A stretch of 64,000 nt of DNA from Pelagomonas calceolata (lineage: Eukaryota): assembly GCA_918797485.1 (NCBI GenBank), contig CAKKNE010000001.1, forward strand, positions 5,518,001-5,582,000. The letters run 5' to 3'. Shown one piece after another: positions 31,024 through 39,551 of the stretch. The translations under genes and the position numbers were made by a program. The notes below the pieces were generated by a model. The model saw only the letters and a list, made by a program, of their open reading frames with translations. It did no database searches and had not been told where the DNA came from. Each line of letters opens with the position of its first letter. Positions within the stretch are counted from its first letter, which is position 1.

Positions 31024-33055
31024 ATGAACAAGCTCCTCTGGGCGCTCTTCGCCGCCGCGGCGGCCTTCGCCCCGGCCCCGGCGCCGCGCGCCGCGCGGCC
31101 CGTGCTCAAGGCGGTCAACAACGGCCGCGGCGTCGCGCAGAAGCTGCGGAGGTCAGGCGTCCGCCTTCAAGCGAAGGCAGAACCCCCGCGCGCCGCCGTC
31201 GTCGCGCAGGCCGCGGCGGCCGCCGTCGAGGACGCCGAACCGACGTGGTTCGACACGTACACCAAGGTCTCCGGCGCCTTGACCAACTTATTTCCGGTCT
31301 GGACGGTCGTCTTCACGTTGTGGGCCCTCAAGGACCCGTCGGCCTTCGCCTGGCTGACCACTAAATACTTCACGGCGGGCCTAGCGATTCTCATGCTGAG
31401 TATGGGTATTACGCTGGCCCCGAAGGACTTCCAAAGAGTGGCGACGCGGCCCAATGCGGTGTTATTGAACTTCGCGCTGTGCTACGGTACCGCGGCCAGC
31501 GTCCTATATTCATAAAGGGGGTGTAGCTCAGTGGCAGAGCGTCCGCTTTGCATGCGGAAAGCCCAGGGTTCAAACCCCTGCTCCTCCACACACACAAAAA
31601 CAACTCCGTGGCGCAATGGACAGCGTATCAGACTTCGAATCTGGGGGTTGCGGGTTCGAGTCCCGTCGGAGTTGTTTGCGTTCGCTCGACGGCGCGACGC
31701 CGCCGCCGCGACGCACCACGATCTTTCGTGGCGCGCCTGCTCGACGGCGTCACGCTGTCGCCGCGACGCACCACACCACACAAAATCTGGACGGACTGGA
31801 AATCTGAAGGCTCCGGGTTCGACTCCCGGGTCGGTCTACCGCGGAATTGAACTCAAAGCGAGATAGTGTGGCCGAGTGGTTAAGGCGGTAGACTTGAAAT
31901 CTACTCCCGCAAGGGTCGCAGGATCGATTCCTACAAAATCGATGCGCGTTCGAACCCTGTCACTATCGCGCACGTTGATGATGTGGCCGAGTGGTCTAAG
32001 CTCCTGGGAGCGACCAGAGGCGCTGGTTTTAGGCACCAGTCTTCGGGCGTGGGTTCGAACCCCACCATCATCACTTGAGTTCCATGCCGCACGTTCGTAT
32101 CCGTGGCCGAGTTGGTCTAAGGCGTTGGATTTAAGCCCCAATCTCTCCGGAGGCGTGGGTTCGAACCCCACCGGATGCACACATTTGACCGATGACGGTT
32201 TCGCCAATCAGATGCCAGTCCTGAGAGTTAATCGTGTGTCGGACACGAGGCTGACGGTACACTCTCGCAGGCATGATGCCGGCGCTCGGCCTGACCCTGG
32301 GCAAGATGTTCGCGCTAGATCCGGCTTTAGTGGCAGGGATGGTCCTCGTCGGCTCGATCAACGGCGGCCAGGCGTCGAATCTCTGCACGTTCATTGCGAA
32401 CGGGAACGTGGCCCTCTCGGTGCTCATGACGACGGCAACCACCATTGGAGCTATCTTCATGACTCCCCTATTGTGCAAGACCTTTCTGGGGACGGTCGTG
32501 CCCGTCGACGCCGCGGGCATTGTCGTCTCTACTCTACAGGTCGTCCTCGCGCCCATCTTAGTAGGCATGACGATGAACGCCAAGTTCCCGAAAGTCGTGA
32601 AGAAGATCACTCCTGTGACACCCGTCATAGGCATGGTCTCTACCTGTCTGCTGGTGGCCGCGGCTGTCGGGCAGGTCGCCGAGCCGATCCTGGCGGCTGG
32701 CCTCAACCTGCAATTACCGGTAATGCTCCTCCACTTGGTCGGCGGCATCGTCGGCTACTGGGGCGCTCGGGCTCTCGGCTTCGGCGAGACGTCGTCGAGA
32801 ACGATGGCCATCGAGACCTCGATGAAGAGCTCGGCCTTCGGCTTTTTACTAGCGAAGCTCCACTTCGGCGCCTTCGCCGCCCGCGTGCCTTCCGCGGTGT
32901 CCGTGGTCTGGATGGCGCTGACGGGCTCGTCGATGGCCGTCGCGTGGCGCTTCATGCCGGTCAAGCCGGTCAAGTTTGATAGAAAAGTCAAGGAGCGCTT
33001 CGAGTCCGTGGATCTCCTCACGCGGGCGAAGAAGCTCTTCGGCAAGGAGAAGTAG
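31024..33055 (+). CDS. BASS2: Plastid bile acid:sodium symporter family transporter (BASS1/2-like); exons 31024-31486 and 32271-33055
   Basis: AAAFAP presequence; LTNLFPVW, MLSMGITL, GGQASNLCTFIANGNVALSVLMT and RTMAIE. GT-AG intron 31487-32270 joins ALCYG|MMPALG in frame. Confidence 0.88.
31517..31588 (+). tRNA. trnA-UGC: tRNA-Ala(UGC), inside the BASS2 intron
   Basis: GGGGGTGTAGCTCAGTGG...CCGCTTTGCATGCGG...GGTTCAAACCC...CTCCTCCA with the G3:U70 identity pair. Confidence 0.95.
31602..31674 (+). tRNA. trnR-UCG: tRNA-Arg(UCG), inside the BASS2 intron
   Basis: AACTCCG/CGGAGTT acceptor stem, TCAGA-CT TCG AA-TCTGG anticodon arm, GCGGG-TTCGAGT-CCCGT T arm. Confidence 0.95.
31684..31774. repeat. 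Two imperfect 36-bp direct repeats within the tRNA cluster
   Basis: GCTCGACGGCG..ACGC...CGCCGCGACGCACCAC at 31684-31719 and 31739-31774. Confidence 0.8.
31791..31837 (+). pseudogene. Orphan 3' portion of a tRNA (anticodon-like arm, T arm, acceptor 3' strand) with no adjacent 5' half
   Basis: CGGA-CTGGAAA-TCTG, AAGGCT, CCGGG-TTCGACT-CCCGG, GTCGGTC. No D arm or matching acceptor 5' strand seen. Confidence 0.6.
31862..31968 (+). tRNA. trnS-UGA: tRNA-Ser(UGA) with a 26-nt non-canonical intron (31923-31948) at T-arm position 53/54
   Basis: GATAGTG/CACTATC acceptor, GTAGA-CT TGA AA-TCTAC, variable arm CCC-GCAA-GGG. Removing the insert restores GCAGG-TTCGAAC-CCTGT. Confidence 0.92.
31977..32073 (+). 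tRNA. trnL-UAG: tRNA-Leu(UAG) with a 19-nt non-canonical intron (31999-32017) in the D loop (20/21 region)
   Basis: GATGATG/CATCATC acceptor, CTGGT-TT TAG GC-ACCAG. Removing the insert restores GCCGAGTGGTCTAAGGC. Confidence 0.92.
32097..32179 (+). tRNA. trnL-UAA: tRNA-Leu(UAA), inside the BASS2 intron
   Basis: GTATCCG/CGGATGC acceptor, GCCGAGTTGGTCTAAGGC D arm, TT TAA GC loop (one A-C mismatch in the stem), long variable arm, GTGGG-TTCGAAC-CCCAC. Confidence 0.9.
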
Positions 33056-33139
33056 GCATCGTATCGTTTCTCTCGCGTGGTAACCGCGTCATTCATTTCT
33101 ACTCTAGAGTTCCTTACTCGGGGTCGCGCGGCCGTCTAC

Positions 33140-33448
33140 TCAGGTATTGCTGTAGTGGTAGCTGTCAGCTTTCCACGGCCCGTATTCATCAAAGACTTCG
33201 ATCTCGTAGGTAGGTAGGTAGGTGCCTTTCCTGGGGGCACGGTTATCGAGAAGCTCGGTGAGTTCATCGACGTCCTGTCCGTTGCCGTCGGTGAGGGGCG
33301 TCAGGATCCTATCGCTACTGGCGTACCAGTACAAATAAATGACCTTCGGGCAGCCGCGGACAAGACGCAGGACGCCAGCGGCGGATGTGAAAGCATCGAC
33401 CCCGCAGAAGTCGAGTTCGATCAGGGTCTGTGCAGCTTGGCTCATCGA
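33140..33448 (-). pseudogene. C-terminal fragment of an LRR-type protein; upstream exon not identifiable
   Basis: TLIELDFCGVDAFTSAAGVLRLVRGCPKV is LRR-like. It is preceded by a CAG acceptor at 33449 with introner-like sequence. Confidence 0.35.
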
Positions 33449-33673
33449 CTGGCATGAATAATTTTATCGCATCGATGGCGTGACGTGCGCTTAGCCCTCC
33501 GGCTGATGCATTAGGTCGAAGGCACATTGAATTGGGCGCTGAGCTGCACGGTGTTTAGCAATTTGTGCCAAATTATTGGAGCTCCCGACGATGCTTTGCG
33601 CTCTCCGAGAGTCGCGAAACGCGTCCCATCGGATCGACGCAACCAATTCCATCGAGAAAACACAACAACTCCC

Positions 33674-34981
33674 TTAGTACCCCAGCAGCGTCCGGTGCCC
33701 GCTTATGACACACGCGAGCGCCGCCATGCCGCACCCGACGGCGACCAAGGCGATCGCGTCGACGGCGCCCCTCGAAAACGCCACGCGGCCCGACTCGACG
33801 CCGTGCCGTCTCGACAACGACGGTCGCAGTAACTTCGACTCCGCCTCCTCGACGACTTGCAGGACCTCGGCCGACGACCGCGACCGGAGGAGTTTCGTCC
33901 TACCTTCTTCAGTAGCGGCGCACCGCGCGATCGCATGCGCGCCGGGGAAGTCGAAGGGCCACGCTTGCGGCGGGAGTTTGACGGCGATATCCAGGTATAC
34001 TGCCGCGGCCGTCACCACGATAAATGCACCTATTATATTCGTAGAAGATGTAGGTAACCTCCACACGACAATCTCGAGCACTAGTAACACGGCAGCAGAG
34101 CACGCCGCCGCATACTTTGAAATGATCGCGTCTCCATATTTATACAGCACCGACGTCGACAGTCCGATTAATGAGTTACTGACCACGACCAAACATGCAA
34201 ACACATTCGTCGCATACCCGCCGAAGAAAGAATCTTGGTCCGAATAGGCCAATTTCAGCGCAAAAATCATGTAGTTGAAGCACGCTCCACTCGAATAGAG
34301 ATACATATTGAGAATCGGCATCGGCGTGTCGATGCCTTTCAACGCTTTCGAGTTCCAGACGGCTGCTAGAGCGCCTAACACAGCCATCAAGACCAGTAAA
34401 AATTCGACGGCGCCCCACCATTCGGTTTCGCCCTCCAGAATACCTTCACTTGCAGCACCTTCCGCCACGAGGACCAACCCGGCCATCTGGAGGACGGTAG
34501 CGGCCCACTGGAGCTTATTTATTCTTTCACCGTGTAGTAACCATAACAACAAAGCTACGAGGGTGGGCGTCGTGGCTTTGAACAGAGCTACCGTTGACGC
34601 GGACGCCTTCGTGAGGACGACGAATGTTAATTGATTATAAACGGCATATAACAAAGCCAAACCAGTAGCGGCCCAGCTCAACTCCACGGGTACGGTCTTC
34701 GGCAGAAATGGTTCGTAATGAGCCTTTGTTCCTATTCTAACGCAGCACGACACGAGGAACTTCCCGATTTCCGCCATGCATAATGCGGATGCGGGATTGT
34801 ACAGGTACTCGCCATCAATCTGGCTCAGCTCCTTGAAGAGTAGCACACAAACGTTGGTGATGACGAGGCCGCCGAAGGCCAACGTGACCACACCAATACC
34901 TCGTACGGCGCTGTGGCAGTCACCGGGCGCCTCCTCGTCTCCCAACAAGCCCGCCGAGGGGTCGTCGATGGACGACGGCAT
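33674..34981 (-). CDS. Nucleotide-sugar transporter (SLC35A-like)
   Basis: YNPASALCMAEIGKF, ALLYAVYNQL, INKLQWAA, NMYLYSSG and SVLYKYGDAIISKYA; multiple transmembrane helices. Confidence 0.85.
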   Translation of the reverse strand: MPSSIDDPSAGLLGDEEAPGDCHSAVRGIGVVTLAFGGLVITNVCVLLFKELSQIDGEYLYNPASALCMAEIGKFLVSCCVRIGTKAHYEPFLPKTVPVELSWAATGLALLYAVYNQLTFVVLTKASASTVALFKATTPTLVALLLWLLHGERINKLQWAATVLQMAGLVLVAEGAASEGILEGETEWWGAVEFLLVLMAVLGALAAVWNSKALKGIDTPMPILNMYLYSSGACFNYMIFALKLAYSDQDSFFGGYATNVFACLVVVSNSLIGLSTSVLYKYGDAIISKYAAACSAAVLLVLEIVVWRLPTSSTNIIGAFIVVTAAAVYLDIAVKLPPQAWPFDFPGAHAIARCAATEEGRTKLLRSRSSAEVLQVVEEAESKLLRPSLSRRHGVESGRVAFSRGAVDAIALVAVGCGMAALACVISGHRTLLGY

Positions 34982-35210
34982 CGCTGCTGCCTGTGTGCAG
35001 TGGCTGCCCCTCACAATCAAAGGTCCGTGCGGCTGCGTACTCCTTCGTGCGCGCACCGCGGGGAGCTCTCGCTTCGGTGGTGCGGTGCTCGTCAATGCCT
35101 ACGTAAATTGCGCCGCTATCCGCAATGGCGTCATGCGTCGAGCGGATCGAAGCTGCAGGAAACGCGAGTGCGGGGTCTCCGCGAGGTCTCAAAAAATCAG
35201 ATAGAAGACC

Positions 35211-36656
35211 TTACACCCCCGCGACTATATCCTCCTCGGAGTAGGCCCGCTCCTTGGGCCGCGCGGCCCGCGGCTCCCAGAGCAGCGCCACGCCCGCGTT
35301 TTCCGCCGCGGCCCGAAGCTCCGGCGCCCCGCGGAAGTTCTCGCCGAAGCAGTTCCGCAGGCCGAGCTGGCGCAAGGCCGGCGCCTCCCTCAAAAACTGG
35401 GCCACGCCGCGCACCGTCAGCGCGCCGGCGTCGTCGACCAGCAACCGGCCCAGCTGCGGGAAAGCGCCGCACGCTTCCAGACCTCTATCGGTGAAGGTGC
35501 TGCGCTCCGTCTGCGCGTGGTCCGACAACGCTAATACTTTCAAAGATGCCGCGGCCGGCGTCGAGGCCAGGACGCGTGCCACGGCGTCCGCGTTTTGGGA
35601 AGGACCGTCGACGTGGAGCGACAGCGCGATGAGTGGTGCCTGGAGAACGCGCGGCAGGAGACGCAACAGATCCGAGACCGCGTAGGTCCGCATGACGTTG
35701 AGGCATCTCAGGTTTGCGAATTGCGGCACCGCTTTTAGAGCCGCGTCGTCGACGCCGTCGCCGAGACGTAATGTAGATAAGCACCGCGGCGCGGTCTGGG
35801 CCGCGCCTAACAACCAGGCCGCCACGGAGTCGTCGGTGTCCTGCCACGTCGACAATCCTGCAAGAGCTTTCTTCGGGTCCCGTAGCGCCGTTTCTCGCCG
35901 ATATAAATCAAGCCACGGGTTCGCGTGGTGCGTTTCCAGGGCTTCCAAACAGGGGCAGCAGGCAATAAGTTCGGACAGGACGTCGGCGCCCAAGCCGGCG
36001 ACTTTATACAAACACAGCTCCTTGACGCGCGTGAAATCTAATATTGATAAAGGCGAATGACTTGTTGGCGTGAACGTCACTCGCGTGAGCTCTAGCCGTT
36101 CGAGGAACGGCAACGAGCGGAGGGACCGCCAGAGAGCCGCGGCGTCGATCGTCGGCGTCTCCACCTTGTTTTTTATTGATACGGCACCATCTAGAGTCGC
36201 CCATTTGGTGCGCGGGCCGTGTTCTCTACAAATACTATCAGGTGCACACAAATGCAAAGGCACGAGCAGCCGCCCGAAAAATGCCGAAGCCTGCGTCGCG
36301 GCACTACGCCACGCTCGACAGACGGCCATGCATCTCCGACCCTGGCGATGGGCCTCGCGTAGAGACGACGCCCAGGCGCCGCCCGCGCCTGCCGCCGTCC
36401 TCGACATGTCATCAGCACCGATGAAGGCAAATATCTCGACCAGCAATGGTTCGAGCAGCAACGCGGACTCGGCCGCTCCGATTCGCCTCCGCTCACTCAG
36501 GTGAAGCTGCCGCGTCTTTTTCGTCAATTGACGGACGTCCGGTCTCGCCAATGGTCTCAAGCGAGCCGCCGGCGCCGCCTCGTCCAATTGATCCAAATGG
36601 ACGTGGCGCGCCGTCGCGTGGCCCTGGAGGTAGTCGATGATCGCATCGAGGTCCAT
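35211..36656 (-). CDS. F-box/LRR protein
   Basis: LLVEIFAFI...MAVCRAWRSAA F-box; LRRs CPCLEAL, FTDRGLEACGAFPQL and APALRQLGLRNC. Confidence 0.8.
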   Translation of the reverse strand: MDLDAIIDYLQGHATARHVHLDQLDEAAPAARLRPLARPDVRQLTKKTRQLHLSERRRIGAAESALLLEPLLVEIFAFIGADDMSRTAAGAGGAWASSLREAHRQGRRCMAVCRAWRSAATQASAFFGRLLVPLHLCAPDSICREHGPRTKWATLDGAVSIKNKVETPTIDAAALWRSLRSLPFLERLELTRVTFTPTSHSPLSILDFTRVKELCLYKVAGLGADVLSELIACCPCLEALETHHANPWLDLYRRETALRDPKKALAGLSTWQDTDDSVAAWLLGAAQTAPRCLSTLRLGDGVDDAALKAVPQFANLRCLNVMRTYAVSDLLRLLPRVLQAPLIALSLHVDGPSQNADAVARVLASTPAAASLKVLALSDHAQTERSTFTDRGLEACGAFPQLGRLLVDDAGALTVRGVAQFLREAPALRQLGLRNCFGENFRGAPELRAAAENAGVALLWEPRAARPKERAYSEEDIVAGV

Positions 36657-36951
36657 GTTTCTGGTGCTGTGCTTTTTAGGCGAGATGCCTTTGCCACAGG
36701 AGCTGCCCCAAGCGCTCTGGGCCGAGCTACGGGTTCAATGAAAGTGCCGCGCGGCGTCCTCTGCTGCCCGCGGCGCCAGGGAGGGCGGGCGGCAGCCGAA
36801 CTCAAGTGGTTGTCACCTCTTTTTTCAAGTGGGCACAGAGCAACCCTTCCTACTAGTAACCTTTGAATTGGCGAGAACGAACCGTCCTCCGAGCTCCTAT
36901 CCTAGCCCTTCCAGGCCCCCAACCAGGCGCGCGAGGCATCGCGGGAAACGG

Positions 36952-36974
36952 ACTAGCGGTGGTGAGACACTAGG
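36952..36974 (-). promoter_or_regulatory. CTAG-bounded intergenic motif, copy 10
   Basis: Reverse complement CCTAGTGTCTCACCACCGCTAGT, between divergent genes. Confidence 0.6.
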
Positions 36975-37108
36975 GTGCGAAAACTCGACGCTCTTGGCCG
37001 AGAGCTTAAGCGCCGCAGAACCACGCTAGACAATTCGGTAGTGCTTTGAATCGCCACAGCGCTGCACTTTTTTCAGCCGAGCCCAGCCCAGAGGCGTGCG
37101 GACCCACC

Positions 37109-38119
37109 ATGCGCCGCGCGCTCGCAGCGCTGGCAGCTATACAAGCCGCCGACGCGGCCTTCGAGTGCGTCAGGGACGCCCACGGCTGCTGTAGTTCCGC
37201 AGGATATTTCTTCTGCGGGAGTTCGGGACGCTGCGTGGGCCGCGACGACCCGTGCGAGGACGGGAGCGGCGCGGCCGCCGCGACGTGCGGCGCGACGCTG
37301 AAAAGGGACGGCGCCGTGGCCTCCTGGGATTTGAAGGGCCTCACGAGGACCTCGTCCCTACTCGACTACGAGGCGCGGGACGGCGCGTCCAAGGTCATCT
37401 TCAACGTCTGCGCGAACGCGAACCCGCCGAAGGTCTGCGCCGACCCCGAGCCGGCCGCGGCCTACGCGATCACGAAGCAATCGTGCAAAGCCGTCGCCGG
37501 GTCGGCCGCCGACGCGGACATGGCCTCGCTCAAGCCTCTCGTCGGCGCGGACCCCACCCAGGGCGTCGCTTTGGCCTATTCTGGCCCGGACCGGTGCTCC
37601 TTTCTGTTGCGGGTGCGGTGCTCGGAAGCCGCCGTCGAGCCGTCTGAACCTACTTTGATCTCTTCAGCAGATTGTGCCACCATCACTGAAGTCGAGAGCG
37701 TGCACGGCTGCCCGCTCGGCTGCGCGCGCGATCGCAACGGGGCGGCCTGCTCCAACAGGGGCCAGTGCGTCTGGGCGAAGACGGGCGCCGCGTGCCACTG
37801 CGACCCGGGCACGACGGGCGCGGCCTGCGACGAGGATATTAATGGGGGGCCCGCGGCGCGCGCGCGGTGGCGCTTCGCTATTATTGTCCTCGTCGTGTCG
37901 CTCTGCGCCGCCGTCATCGCCGCGCGCTGCGTCGCGTTCCGGAAAAGGCGTCTCGCGACGCTACGCGCCCGGGGGACCTACGCGACCGTCGACGCGGACG
38001 ACGACGCGGACGGCGTCGAGCTTGGGGCGTCGATGCCCTTCGACCCGTTTCCGTATGAAGATGATGCTGTCGAGGAGTTCGACGCGCCGCCGGGGACGAG
38101 TGGTCGACGGGACGAGTGA
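37109..38119 (+). CDS. Type I membrane protein with a mannose-6-phosphate receptor homology (MRH/ATG27-like) domain and an EGF domain
   Basis: Signal peptide; WDLKGL, FNVCAN, GVALAYSG..C and ESVHGCP; EGF CSNRGQC..CHCDPG.TGAAC; transmembrane helix; cytosolic YATV and acidic tail. Confidence 0.75.
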   Translation: MRRALAALAAIQAADAAFECVRDAHGCCSSAGYFFCGSSGRCVGRDDPCEDGSGAAAATCGATLKRDGAVASWDLKGLTRTSSLLDYEARDGASKVIFNVCANANPPKVCADPEPAAAYAITKQSCKAVAGSAADADMASLKPLVGADPTQGVALAYSGPDRCSFLLRVRCSEAAVEPSEPTLISSADCATITEVESVHGCPLGCARDRNGAACSNRGQCVWAKTGAACHCDPGTTGAACDEDINGGPAARARWRFAIIVLVVSLCAAVIAARCVAFRKRRLATLRARGTYATVDADDDADGVELGASMPFDPFPYEDDAVEEFDAPPGTSGRRDE

Positions 38120-38141
38120 GTAAGAGTGTGTTGATTGTGCC

Positions 38142-39260
38142 TTAGAGAACTACGTCTCGCGCTGCCAGCTTCGCCCGCGCTTCTTCCATCCCGCCCTGGA
38201 CCCTTCGGGCCTCAGGGTGCGATTTGCCAAATACGCGCTTATACGTCCTTGCGACACATTCGAGCGTCGTCACGGCCTCGCGGAGATCATCGAGCGTGGC
38301 GTCGGTGTCCAAGTAAAGTGCCCGCGCGTAATTGAAGCGCATCTTGAGTGTGAGTTCATGACCCTCGCCGAGGACGCGCCGCGCCACGGGCATCATTTTT
38401 ATTAACAGTGATTTGGCTTCTTGGAAGCGCTCTAGTTTCACAAGGGACATCGCGTAGTTGTTGGCTGCCATGATAGTTCTCTGATGTTCCTCGCAGTGGA
38501 GCTTCAAATGTCCGGAGTATACGTCTCGCCGCATCCGCAGGGCCTCTTCAAATCGTCCAAGCGCTCCATACGTGTTCGCAAGATTGTTCTGCGCGTCGAG
38601 TATGCTAACCTCTATTCCGCCACTGCGCCGTATCGTAGCTAACATGGCCTCTCTCACGGGCAATGCCTCCTCGTGGTGTTTTGCATCGTGTAAACCGTTC
38701 CCAAGCAGGTTCATCGCCAAGCACCGAACCGAGTCCTCTGGCCGCCCCACGTACGTCTTCCAGCACGCCCACCCGAGCGCGCATGCCACGACGCCATGGT
38801 AATACTGCTGGCACAGGCCGCAAAAATCCCACCGCATCCACCTCTCAATCCGCGCCTTCTCGCCCAAATTGTTCTCCTCGGCCTCGTCCATCAAAATCTT
38901 TGCCTGCTCCGCCAGACACGACACGTGCGCGAAACCCGCCGTCCCGCGGCACGCACACCCGCGCACGAGGCCCTCCTTTGTTTTCCAGTGGAGCGCCTGC
39001 GTGCAAATGAAGCACGTCTGGCCCTTCGTGTCCTCGGCGCACGCCTCGACGGCCTCCGCGACGGCCTCCTTGTATTTTTTGTCGGCGTGGTATTGTTCTG
39101 CGTTGCCGCCGCGGTGTATTTTCTTACACATCTGCTTGTGGCCGCGGCGCCAGTGGTCATGCTGGCAAGTTTTGTTACAATATCTTGTATGACACCTTAT
39201 GCATCGCGGCGCGTTGTGGGCCAGTGGGGCGGCGCAGGCGGCGCAATTTGTGAGGATCAT
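38142..39260 (-). CDS. MYND zinc finger + RINGv-like + TPR protein
   Basis: CAAC..C..C..YC...CQ..HW..GH...C; CFIC...CACRGTAGFAHVSCL; kinesin-light-chain-type TPRs (NNLANTY, NNYAMSL). Confidence 0.85.
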   Translation of the reverse strand: MILTNCAACAAPLAHNAPRCIRCHTRYCNKTCQHDHWRRGHKQMCKKIHRGGNAEQYHADKKYKEAVAEAVEACAEDTKGQTCFICTQALHWKTKEGLVRGCACRGTAGFAHVSCLAEQAKILMDEAEENNLGEKARIERWMRWDFCGLCQQYYHGVVACALGWACWKTYVGRPEDSVRCLAMNLLGNGLHDAKHHEEALPVREAMLATIRRSGGIEVSILDAQNNLANTYGALGRFEEALRMRRDVYSGHLKLHCEEHQRTIMAANNYAMSLVKLERFQEAKSLLIKMMPVARRVLGEGHELTLKMRFNYARALYLDTDATLDDLREAVTTLECVARTYKRVFGKSHPEARRVQGGMEEARAKLAARDVVL

Positions 39261-39324
39261 TTTGCGTTGGCGGGGCCGTTGGCGCGATCGCGTGCGGTGG
39301 ATTGATATGTTTTGTTTTTGCCTT

Positions 39325-39348
39325 CCTAGTGTCTTTACAGCCGCTAGC
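39325..39348 (+). promoter_or_regulatory. CTAG-bounded intergenic motif, copy 11
   Basis: CCTAGTGTCTTTACAGCCGCTAGC, between divergent genes. Confidence 0.6.
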
Positions 39349-39551
39349 CAGCGAAAAATTAATAAACGCGCAGCTGCAAACGAGGCCCAAGCGGCCCAAA
39401 TCTATCGCGCTCACGGCTAAAAGCTGGGCGAATAGTCACCAGACGCTATAGCCTCGCTGCTGCGACGACGTCGACGCGGCTCGCAACACTGCTTAGCGCC
39501 GGCAACCAGGCCTGAGCTCTCACAGAGCGTCACCGGAGCACGTACGACAAG

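Noticed and set aside
31862..31968. tRNA-Sec, given the neighbouring selD gene
   Set aside because: The anticodon is TGA (Ser), not TCA, and the 7-bp acceptor and 5-bp T stems are standard. Proximity to selD appears coincidental.
31482..32979. ORFs such as 31876-32979, 31531-31866 and 31836-32207
   Set aside because: They are translations of tRNA genes or off-frame BASS2 sequence.
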